Source: Coprobacillaceae bacterium
GTDB lineage: Bacteria > Bacillota_I > Bacilli_A > Erysipelotrichales > Coprobacillaceae
Direction of reading: 5' to 3'
DNA: 32,000 nt
NCBI GenBank assembly: GCA_963675915.1
Contig: OY780959.1
Location: 120,001 to 152,000 of the forward strand
Shown: one piece after another, positions 20,526-29,389 of the stretch
How the letters are laid out: each line of letters begins with the position of its first letter
How positions within the stretch are numbered: position 1 is the stretch's first letter
Program-made: the position numbers and the translations under genes
Notes under the pieces: generated by a model
Seen by the model: only the letters and a program-made list of their open reading frames with translations
What the model was told of the DNA's origin: nothing
Databases searched by the model: none

Positions 20526-21194
20526 TCATCCTATGTGGTTGATGGTATACAGGATATTTATGGTATTTCTACATTGCATGAACTGCATCAAATAATTTGA
20601 AAAACAACTTTCAACAAGTTGGTTAATATCATTTGATTCAATTCTCAACGACATCAAACGTTGCTGCCAAACATTGATATACCTGCTCACAACATTATAA
20701 ATTTCACACTCAGACATATAGGGATTTCGATCAAGAATGGCTTTTAATAGTTTCTGATTATTTTTATGTATGGAAATCTCAACTTGAACAGCCAACGGGA
20801 TACTTGAATATGGAACCAAACATGAAAGAAGAATTGCGTGGGTTCTGCCACAATCCTTACATCTTAGCCGCATTATTCTCAAATTAAAAAAGCCAAAAGG
20901 CAGTTTCACCCTTCGGTTATAATAACCATGAATTATGAAATTGCCCTGGCAGTCACCAGCGCAACTCAAGGAAAAACGATTGATATTGGAAACCAATTCA
21001 TTATAATAGGCCTGGAGTTTGGCCCGCGAATCAATCTTCATCAATTTATTATTGATTTTTACTCCGTGATACGTTATCATATTCTTGTCTATATGGCAAA
21101 TGAGAGAAACTGCTTGGTGGTGGCGTCTCTCATTTTTTCTTTCTCTAGATTTATTACCAATAAAATAACAAAGCAAAAGGTCAATCTCAAGCAA
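20526..21194 (-). CDS. zinc-ribbon protein (CX3C...CX2C), possibly DUF6431-like; first gene of the transposon
   Basis: CAGDCQGNFIIHGYYNRRV...LRCKDCGRTHAILLSCLVPYSSIP. The start is uncertain: the TTG at 21194 lies inside an end repeat and has no RBS, and ATG 21080 is an alternative. The family name is from memory only. Confidence 0.5.
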   Translation of the reverse strand: MLEIDLLLCYFIGNKSRERKNERRHHQAVSLICHIDKNMITYHGVKINNKLMKIDSRAKLQAYYNELVSNINRFSLSCAGDCQGNFIIHGYYNRRVKLPFGFFNLRIMRLRCKDCGRTHAILLSCLVPYSSIPLAVQVEISIHKNNQKLLKAILDRNPYMSECEIYNVVSRYINVWQQRLMSLRIESNDINQLVESCFSNYLMQFMQCRNTINILYTINHIG

Positions 21195-21264
21195 TTTGAA
21201 GAAAAATTCATCAAATTATTTGGAATTGACCTTTATTTATTATGACTAGATTATGGTTAGATGG

Positions 21265-21288
21265 CATCAAATAAAATGGCTAGCTACA
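21265..21288 (-). repeat. terminal inverted repeat, end proximal to the transposon genes
   Basis: See 17976-17999. Confidence 0.8.
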
Positions 21289-21293
21289 CTTAG
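21289..21293. repeat. target-site duplication CTTAG (right copy)
   Basis: Identical pentamer directly abutting the ACA terminus. Confidence 0.75.
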
Positions 21294-21331
21294 AAATAAG
21301 TTAGCCTACTTTATTCCTTTGAGTCGTAATA

Positions 21332-21361
21332 TTGGTGCTGGAGTGCCAATGGTGGTATAGT
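21332..21361 (+). promoter_or_regulatory. putative sigma-A promoter for the OYE gene
   Basis: TTGGTG, 18 nt, then TGgTATAGT (extended -10). Confidence 0.4.
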
Positions 21362-21427
21362 ATATAGAGATATGATTCATATTTACCAATTAATGATTAT
21401 TAAATATTAAGGAAAGGATTATTAATC

Positions 21428-22453
21428 ATGAGACAACTAAAAGCATTCAAAAGTTATAAAATTAAGAATTTGGAATTGAAAAACCGGATCGTCATGCCTC
21501 CGATGTGCATGTACTCGGCCAAGGAAGATGGTTTGGTTACTGATTTTCATTTGAGCCATTATACCACCAGGGCGATGGGGGGAGTCGGACTGATAATTGT
21601 TGAAGCAACCGGAGTTATGCCTAACGGTCGGATTTCCGATCATGATCTGGGCATTTGGGATCAAAACCAAGTTGCGGGTCTAAAGGAACTGGTGCGCCAG
21701 ATCAAAAGCTACGATGCTATGGCGGGAATCCAGTTGAATCACGGGGGAAGAAAATATGAAGGTAAAGAAAAGCTGGTCGGACCCAGTGCGATTGCCTACA
21801 GCGATTCGTACCCGATGCCTTCGGCGCTTTCAACCGATCAGATCAAAGATATTGTCGCTGCTTTTGGCAATGCAGCCAGGTTGGCTGATGAGGCCGGCTT
21901 TGACATGATTGAAATCCATGGCGCTCATGGCTATCTGATCAATCAATTCCTTTCACCCCACAGCAATCACCGCACGGATGATTATGGCGGGGGTCTTGAA
22001 AACCGGGTGCGTTTTTTAAAAGAGGTCATTGCAGCAATCAAAGCCAATTGGCCTGAAAGCAAAACTTTGGGAATCCGAATTTCCGCTACCGAACATCTTG
22101 AAGATGGCTATGATGAAAATGAAATGGTCAAGATGATGAACATGGTCAAAGATGATCTTGACATCATTCACGTAAGCACCGGGGGCAATGGACCGTGGGC
22201 GGGAAATATTTATCCGGGCTATCAAGTCAAACAGGCCGAGATTATCAAGCGGGAAGTCGGATTGCCGACCATTGCGGTTGGCTTGTTAGACGATATCAAA
22301 TTGGTAGAAGAAGTGTTGGGCAACGACCGGGCTGATTTGGTGGCGATTGGCCGCGGGTTATTGATGAATCCTTATTTTGTCAATCAGGAAGGTTTCAAAC
22401 AAGATCAGGAAATTGAAATTCCCTTCCAATATGAACGGGGTTTTAGAAAATAG
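21428..22453 (+). CDS. namA: NADPH dehydrogenase, Old Yellow Enzyme family (YqjM/NamA type)
   Basis: N-terminus LKNRIVMPPMCMYSA together with HGAHGYLINQFLSP and GRGLLMNPYF. Confidence 0.85.
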   Translation: MRQLKAFKSYKIKNLELKNRIVMPPMCMYSAKEDGLVTDFHLSHYTTRAMGGVGLIIVEATGVMPNGRISDHDLGIWDQNQVAGLKELVRQIKSYDAMAGIQLNHGGRKYEGKEKLVGPSAIAYSDSYPMPSALSTDQIKDIVAAFGNAARLADEAGFDMIEIHGAHGYLINQFLSPHSNHRTDDYGGGLENRVRFLKEVIAAIKANWPESKTLGIRISATEHLEDGYDENEMVKMMNMVKDDLDIIHVSTGGNGPWAGNIYPGYQVKQAEIIKREVGLPTIAVGLLDDIKLVEEVLGNDRADLVAIGRGLLMNPYFVNQEGFKQDQEIEIPFQYERGFRK

Positions 22454-22477
22454 TTCAAAGATAATATTAAAACTTAG

Positions 22478-22512
22478 CCAGCTGTGAAATATCATTTTCA
22501 CGACTGGTTTTA
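22478..22512 (+). terminator. probable intrinsic terminator
   Basis: CCAGCTGTGAAA pairs with TTTCACGACTGG (two central mismatches), followed by TTTTAC. Confidence 0.45.
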
Positions 22513-22589
22513 CTTCTGTGATTATGCTGCTGTCATTTGATTTGATAGTCTTGATATTGCTGGGTTTATCTATTTGCAAGGGAAATATG

Positions 22590-22618
22590 TTGACATGATA
22601 AAATATTTTCATTATGAT
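22590..22618 (+). promoter_or_regulatory. sigma-A promoter
   Basis: TTGACA, 17 nt, then TATGAT, about 30 nt upstream of the next start codon. Confidence 0.55.
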
Positions 22619-22646
22619 AAAAACATATCAAATGAAGGGTGATTAA

Positions 22647-23573
22647 ATGAAAAAAGTAGCATTAATCGGTTTGGGCGCAATGGGAAGCTTCTTTGCGGGC
22701 AAACTCAGAGAAAATCTCGGTGATGATTTTGTGGTCATTGCCGAAGGTGAACGAAAAGAAAGAATTGAAAAAAACGGATTGACCATCAATGGCAAACATT
22801 ATTCATTCAAGGTGGTGGAGCCGTCATCGACCGATTTTGAGGCTGATTTGGTTATTGTGGCGGTCAAGAATCCGGTTCTTGATCTGGCGCTGGAATCGAT
22901 CAGGAATTTTGTCGGTGAAAAGACTCAGATTATGGCGGTCTTAAATGGAGTCGAAGCTGATGAAAGAGCGATGGAAGTGTATGGCGAAGACCATGTGGTT
23001 TATACTTATATGCGAGTTGGAAGTCAAGTTAAAAACGGACATGCCGTATTTGACGAAGCATTCGGTAAGGTGGTATTTGGTGAAAAGGACAACACGGACT
23101 TGAGTCCAAGAGTTGAGAAAATCAACCAGCTATTTGATCAATGCCATATCCAATATTTCAATGATACCGATATGATCCGGTCTTTATGGCATAAATTCAT
23201 GAGTAATGTCGGAGGAAACCTGACCTGTGCTTTGCTGGGAATTCCATTTGGGGGATTCACCTGCAGCGACCATATGAATGAGGTTAGAAAGATGTTGATG
23301 AAAGAGGTAGTCGATATCGCCAAAGCCAAAGGGATTGGCTTGGAATACGAAGATATTGAAATGAAAAGGGAAATCTACAAACGGATTCCATTCAACAATC
23401 AGCCATCGACATTGCAGGATCTTAATGCCAAAGTCAAAACGGAAATCGATATGTTTGCCGGTACCGTCATCAGACTGGGCAAGGAGGAAAATGTTCCAAC
23501 TCCAGCTAATGAGATGGTTTATCATGCAATCAGGGCATTGGAAGAGAAGAATGAGGGTCTTTTCAAACGATAG
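22647..23573 (+). CDS. ketopantoate reductase (ApbA/PanE) family oxidoreductase
   Basis: N-terminal Rossmann motif VALIGLGAMGSFF. Length and C-terminal helical domain are typical of the family. True substrate unknown. Confidence 0.7.
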   Translation: MKKVALIGLGAMGSFFAGKLRENLGDDFVVIAEGERKERIEKNGLTINGKHYSFKVVEPSSTDFEADLVIVAVKNPVLDLALESIRNFVGEKTQIMAVLNGVEADERAMEVYGEDHVVYTYMRVGSQVKNGHAVFDEAFGKVVFGEKDNTDLSPRVEKINQLFDQCHIQYFNDTDMIRSLWHKFMSNVGGNLTCALLGIPFGGFTCSDHMNEVRKMLMKEVVDIAKAKGIGLEYEDIEMKREIYKRIPFNNQPSTLQDLNAKVKTEIDMFAGTVIRLGKEENVPTPANEMVYHAIRALEEKNEGLFKR

Positions 23574-23673
23574 GATCACTGCTGCCGGTTATTGTTAAAA
23601 AACAATGACAATGGGGAGAGGGATGATACTCAGGGACTATGCGGCTCTGTTGAATTGAAGACTGTGATGCACC

Positions 23674-23698
23674 AAAAGGCTGTCATTCAGCCTTTTTT
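23674..23698 (+). terminator. intrinsic terminator
   Basis: AAAAGGCTG-tcatt-CAGCCTTTT followed by a T run. Confidence 0.8.
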
Positions 23699-23805
23699 AA
23701 ATGGGATGGGGAATGGAAAAAACTGGACTATGACCCGTTGATTTCGCCCCAAACCATCCGATACAATTATAAATAAATTGACATGATATTATAAAGGGGA
23801 TAATT

Positions 23806-25023
23806 ATGAATCGAATCAAGGAACATGTTTTGGCAGTGGGAAGGATTGGCGAAGAGGACAATCATGATAAACCAAAACCGATAACCAGATTATTGAATAC
23901 TAAAGAATATTACGAAGCTGTAAGACTTACCGAATCGTATATGCAAGAAGCCAAGATGACAACTACCGTGGATAAGATTGGAAATCTCAAAGGGGTTTTA
24001 AAAGGAATTGACCCTAATTTAAAAAGCGTTGCGATCGGATCGCATCTGGATACTGTCCGTCAAGGGGGAATATTCGATGGCAATCTTGGGGTTCAGGCTG
24101 CGGTTGAGTGTATTTATCGGTTTAAAGAGCAGGGGATAAAGCTCCGTCATGATGTTGAAATATGGGGATTCAACGCTGAAGAGAGCAGCGGGCTTGGTGG
24201 TACATTTGGAAGCTGGGCCAGCTTTGGTCTGGTTGACATGGACCAACCCGGTTTGGAAGATGTTTTGGGGGAGTATGGATTTTCCAAACAGGATATCCTG
24301 GATTCGTTGGTGGATCCTGACAAGTATCAGTCATTTACCGAATTGCATATTGAACAAGGTGGCTTGCTGGAAGAAACAAACAGTCAAATTGGGATTGTAA
24401 CCGGAATTGTGGGGATCTATGAGTTTAAAGTGACTTCTTACGGTCAGAGCAATCATGCCGGAACAACGATGATGTCGCAAAGAAAAGATGCTTTGGTTGC
24501 AATGGCGAAGTTGATTCAAAAAGTAGACGATTTGGCCAGAGCATATGGCGATGGTTTTGTAGCTACGGTTGGAATGATAAATGTGGCTCCTGGAGCGGGT
24601 AATATCATCCCCCGTGAATGCGAAATCACTCTTGAAATGCGCCATATGCAAAACGAAAGATATGAGCGGTTCATTGAAGAAATCAAAGCGTATGCCCAAG
24701 AGCTGGCTCCAATTGAATTCAAATTCGAAGAACTTTCAAAAAAGGACTCAGTTCCCTGCAATTCCCAAATGATGGATGTCATTGAAACAGCATGCAAAAA
24801 ATCGGAAATTTCATCGTTCAGGCGCATGCCAAGTGGAGCCGGTCATGATGCGAACACGATTGGCAATTTATTGCCAATCGGGATGATCTTTGTACCAAGC
24901 AAAAAGGGAATCAGCCACAGCCGGTTTGAAGATACTGATTGGGAGGATATTGAAGCAGGGGTCGATGTGCTTTATCATACAATTTTGGAGTTGGATAAAC
25001 TGGATGATATCAGCCAAAAATAA
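23806..25023 (+). CDS. M20-family Zn-dependent amidohydrolase (allantoate amidohydrolase / N-carbamoyl-amino-acid hydrolase type)
   Basis: IGSHLDTVRQGGIFDGNLGV, the Glu pair in FNAEESS and the HAGTT motif. Confidence 0.75.
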   Translation: MNRIKEHVLAVGRIGEEDNHDKPKPITRLLNTKEYYEAVRLTESYMQEAKMTTTVDKIGNLKGVLKGIDPNLKSVAIGSHLDTVRQGGIFDGNLGVQAAVECIYRFKEQGIKLRHDVEIWGFNAEESSGLGGTFGSWASFGLVDMDQPGLEDVLGEYGFSKQDILDSLVDPDKYQSFTELHIEQGGLLEETNSQIGIVTGIVGIYEFKVTSYGQSNHAGTTMMSQRKDALVAMAKLIQKVDDLARAYGDGFVATVGMINVAPGAGNIIPRECEITLEMRHMQNERYERFIEEIKAYAQELAPIEFKFEELSKKDSVPCNSQMMDVIETACKKSEISSFRRMPSGAGHDANTIGNLLPIGMIFVPSKKGISHSRFEDTDWEDIEAGVDVLYHTILELDKLDDISQK

Positions 25024-25126
25024 TTGATAAAATAGATCCTTATTTGCGGCTCGGGATAATTGATTGTTTTCATGATCATAAGTCGATCATTAGATAATGC
25101 TGTGGTTTACATAATAGATGATAATA

Positions 25127-25168
25127 AAAAGACCAATCCAGGTAATTTTTAGCCTGGATTGGTCTTTT
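25127..25168. terminator. bidirectional terminator between convergent genes
   Basis: 16-bp perfect stem AAAAGACCAATCCAGG/CCTGGATTGGTCTTTT. Confidence 0.85.
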
Positions 25169-25178
25169 CGTCGTTTAG

Positions 25179-26618
<1,440 letters not shown>

Positions 26619-26720
26619 TCACATAGTATAGCATTATCGGATCTTTCAAATTAAAAATTTTCAAAATTTGGCACCTGGTAATTTGAATGATTGAAACGGA
26701 GATAAGGTGATCTAGAAACC

Positions 26721-26760
26721 AAAAAAGAAATCTCACTTGTTTTTTGGTGAGATTCCTTTT
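26721..26760 (-). terminator. intrinsic terminator ending the sulfur operon (hairpin is symmetric, with T runs on both strands)
   Basis: GGAATCTCAC-caaaaaacaa-GTGAGATTTC followed by T6, read on the minus strand. Confidence 0.75.
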
Positions 26761-26822
26761 GAATTTAATCTTGATGATAGCCATTCCAAAAATCAGTAAT
26801 AATTATTGAAACTTAACCATTG

Positions 26823-26906
26823 CTACATTAGATTCCAGACAATGACGTAGAAAATGAAAAACGCAACGATTAATCCAGCTACTATCAACAGTATTTTTTT
26901 GATCAT
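26823..26906 (-). CDS. 27-aa hydrophobic peptide (MIKKILLIVAGLIVAFFIFYVIVWNLM)
   Basis: Not in the ORF track because it is too short. GGAGGTGG lies 8 nt upstream of the ATG. Single TM helix. Located between the YeeE/YedE genes and the operon terminator. Confidence 0.4.
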   Translation of the reverse strand: MIKKILLIVAGLIVAFFIFYVIVWNLM

Positions 26907-27046
26907 TCGAGCCACCTCCAAGTTGGGTCGGTTTTATTAAATCAAGGGCTGGGGCAAAAGTGATTATTACTATTATTGTCGGGCAGTTTAAGTTTTGGTA
27001 AACCGCTATTGAAAGAAATTACCTTGTCATCATGATCGGGGTGGGA

Positions 27047-27457
27047 TTAGGAAGATTTACCTCCGATTAGGGCGTATAGATAGGTACCGAACATGATACC
27101 TAAAAAAGTAAACAATCCCAAGATCTTCCCTTCACCGATCTGGGCTAGAACGGTTCCCGGACATGCTCCGGAAATCGCCCATCCGATTCCAAACAATATT
27201 CCACCGATGATGGTATTTCGATGATAAGGTTTTTTGTTTATGGCAATCTCGTTGCCATTGACGTCCTTGTTGCCAAGAACTTTAAGGATAAACATTCCGA
27301 TGGCGCCGATGATGATAGCTGTTCCCATTAACAAGGCTAAGTGCAAGTCTTCGCCGGTAAACATACGATAAATATAATTGTAATGAGAAGCACCAGAACG
27401 ACTCAGTGCAAAGCCAAAGAATAATCCGGCTATTAAGTATCCGATTTTTTTAGTCAT
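27047..27457 (-). CDS. YeeE/YedE-family sulfur-compound transporter, C-terminal half-type subunit
   Basis: Four TM helices with the GACPG motif (WAISGACPGTVLAQ). ATG 27457 follows GGAGG by 8 nt and lies 2 nt after the upstream stop. Confidence 0.75.
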   Translation of the reverse strand: MTKKIGYLIAGLFFGFALSRSGASHYNYIYRMFTGEDLHLALLMGTAIIIGAIGMFILKVLGNKDVNGNEIAINKKPYHRNTIIGGILFGIGWAISGACPGTVLAQIGEGKILGLFTFLGIMFGTYLYALIGGKSS

Positions 27458-27458
27458 T

Positions 27459-27974
27459 CTAATTACCTCCAAACAAGATCATTCTGATTAAAAAAGTTGT
27501 TATGACGCCAAAGAGGACAAAAAAGATGGTCGCTACAATGCTTGATTTCTGGCCGGTTGCAATGCCATGGATACTGTGTCCGGAAGTGCAACCATTCGCC
27601 AGACGGGCACCAAAACCGAGGAATGTCCCACCGATAAAAAACCAGAAGATATAAATCCCGTATGACCAGTCAAGTTTCTCGGTGAAGATGCCCATTCCGG
27701 ATTGCCATAGCGGCATTCCGGAAAGCCGAGCTGATACAAAAGCACCGATGACCATCCCGACGGTGAAAATAAAGCGCCAGTTGAATCTGTCGGTAAATGA
27801 CTTGGAATTAAGCCACTTGAGTCTGGTTAAGGGATTGATGATTTTTAGGAAATTGCCATACCCGGTCGAAACACCCAGGGCGGTATTCAAAAAATAGTAC
27901 ATCAGCGGGATCAAAATACCAATAGCTATCCCGCCCAGCCACCAAGGCCAGAGATCAACGAACAGGGATTTCAC
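27459..27974 (-). CDS. YeeE/YedE-family sulfur-compound transporter, N-terminal half-type subunit
   Basis: LANGCTSGHSIHG motif. GTG 27974 is preferred because GGAGGTGA lies 5 nt upstream; ATG 27989 is possible. Confidence 0.75.
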   Translation of the reverse strand: MKSLFVDLWPWWLGGIAIGILIPLMYYFLNTALGVSTGYGNFLKIINPLTRLKWLNSKSFTDRFNWRFIFTVGMVIGAFVSARLSGMPLWQSGMGIFTEKLDWSYGIYIFWFFIGGTFLGFGARLANGCTSGHSIHGIATGQKSSIVATIFFVLFGVITTFLIRMILFGGN

Positions 27975-29358
27975 AGCCTTCACCTCCATCGATTACTGTC
28001 GGATAACCCAGTGACAACCAGGCTTTCATTCCGCCGATAACATTAATGACATTATTAGAACCGCTTAAATTTAACATCAGACTGGCGGCAAGAAGGGAAC
28101 GATTTCCGGAATTGCAGATAAAGGCAATCGGTTTAGACCCATCCAGTTCCCGAAAAGTCTTTCGGACATCGGGGGCGGGAATGTGAGTTGTTCCTTCGAT
28201 ATGGCCGCTATCCCACTCACTCTTAAGTCTGGTGTCGATCAGAACTATCTCACCTTTATCATGCCGCCTTTTGGCTTCGGCGACCGAAATGCTCTCGATT
28301 CGAGCTGTTTCCAGTCCGCTTTGGGCATAGGCAGTCATGCCACCGCTGAGGTAACCGACTACGTTATCAAGGCCAACACTGTAGAGCCATTTAAGAACAG
28401 CCGGCATCTCGCTCATATTCTCCAATACCAATAGAATTGGTTTGTCCGGTGGGAGAACCCAACCGGAAAAAGTCGCAAAATTACCTTTTAAACTCAGTCC
28501 GTAGGCACCGGGAATATGGGCCGCTCCAAAAGCAAGCTGATCCCGGGTATCCACAATTAAATGGCCTGTTTGACTCAATTTGAAGAACTCATCCGGTGAG
28601 TATCCGACTGGTTTTGTCAACGTGGTGACTGCCGGGGCCCCGTTTCTGTTGATATTGGAACAACGGGAAAAATGATCAGGTGCTTCCGGCATTCCGGCCA
28701 GAAAGCTCTTGATGAAATCATCCTTGGAGCGTTCAAGCATAGCCGCATTTTGCAGTTTCTCGGTGCCGATTGTCGAAGAAAGTTTGGAAGAGAGGGATTT
28801 CCCGCAAAGCGATCCGGCCCCGTGAGCTGGATACACTTCGATGTTGTCCCCGAGTTTTTCGAGCCTTCTTAGACTCTCGAACAGTTTGCCTGCCAGTTCT
28901 TCCTTTCGGTCGGGAAATAAATCCGGGCGTCCCACGTCCCCGACAAAAAGAGTGTCGCCGGTAAAAGCCATGACCGGTTCTTTTCCGCGTTCCAGATCGG
29001 ATACGACAAAAACAGAGGATTCCGGAGTGTGACCGGGAGTATCCATCATTTTGAATAACAGGGTATCAATTTGAAATTCTTCTTCATTGTTTAAGGCCTG
29101 ATGGTCAAATTTCGCTTCGGCCTGTTTGGTTATGTAGATTGTTGCCCCTGTCAGTTCCTTTAATTCAAGATGGCCTGAGACAAAGTCGGCGTGAAGATGA
29201 GTTTCAATTATTCCTGTGATTGGAAGACCGAATGAGTCGGCAATGGCAATGTACTGAGTAACTTCCCGGGCGGGATCAATCACGACGCAGGCATTTTTGC
29301 CGCCGATTACATAAGAACAGTGCGCGAGTCCCGGGGTATAAATTTGTTTAAATTCCAT
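27955..29358 (-). CDS. metallo-beta-lactamase-fold persulfide dioxygenase fused to two rhodanese domains (CstB-like)
   Basis: THLHADFVSGH metal motif. The middle rhodanese-like domain has no Cys. The C-terminal rhodanese carries the active-site loop FICNSGNRS. Confidence 0.8.
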   Translation of the reverse strand: MEFKQIYTPGLAHCSYVIGGKNACVVIDPAREVTQYIAIADSFGLPITGIIETHLHADFVSGHLELKELTGATIYITKQAEAKFDHQALNNEEEFQIDTLLFKMMDTPGHTPESSVFVVSDLERGKEPVMAFTGDTLFVGDVGRPDLFPDRKEELAGKLFESLRRLEKLGDNIEVYPAHGAGSLCGKSLSSKLSSTIGTEKLQNAAMLERSKDDFIKSFLAGMPEAPDHFSRCSNINRNGAPAVTTLTKPVGYSPDEFFKLSQTGHLIVDTRDQLAFGAAHIPGAYGLSLKGNFATFSGWVLPPDKPILLVLENMSEMPAVLKWLYSVGLDNVVGYLSGGMTAYAQSGLETARIESISVAEAKRRHDKGEIVLIDTRLKSEWDSGHIEGTTHIPAPDVRKTFRELDGSKPIAFICNSGNRSLLAASLMLNLSGSNNVINVIGGMKAWLSLGYPTVIDGGEGCEIPVR

Positions 29359-29389
29359 TTAGCTAACCTCCAAAATTATTGTTTATCCA

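Larger units (their letters stand above)
17976..21288 (-). mobile_element. compact heteromeric transposon of the Mu/Tn7/Tn552 superfamily type (four genes)
   Basis: Termini are 5'-TGT...ACA-3', with 24-bp imperfect terminal inverted repeats and a 5-bp direct duplication. Encodes a DDE transposase with a Mu-type C-terminus and an AAA+ ATPase. Confidence 0.8.
15818..21314 (+). mobile_element. group II intron (about 2.18 kb of intron sequence) interrupted in domain VI by a 3.3-kb transposon
   Basis: 5' GTGCGAC at 15818. RT/maturase ORF in domain IV. Domain V at 17925-17957. Domain VI is reconstituted from 17961-17975 plus 21294-21311, with bulged A21308, and the intron ends ...TTTAT at 21314. 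Confidence 0.8.

Noticed and set aside
17976-21288. Classifying the DDE plus ATPase pair as an IS21 element (IstA/IstB).
   Set aside because: The ATPase has an ExeA/TniB-like layout, with an N-terminal Walker A at about residue 55 and no DnaC-like IstB features. The transposase has a Mu-type C-terminal domain. Two extra genes are inside the inverted repeats.
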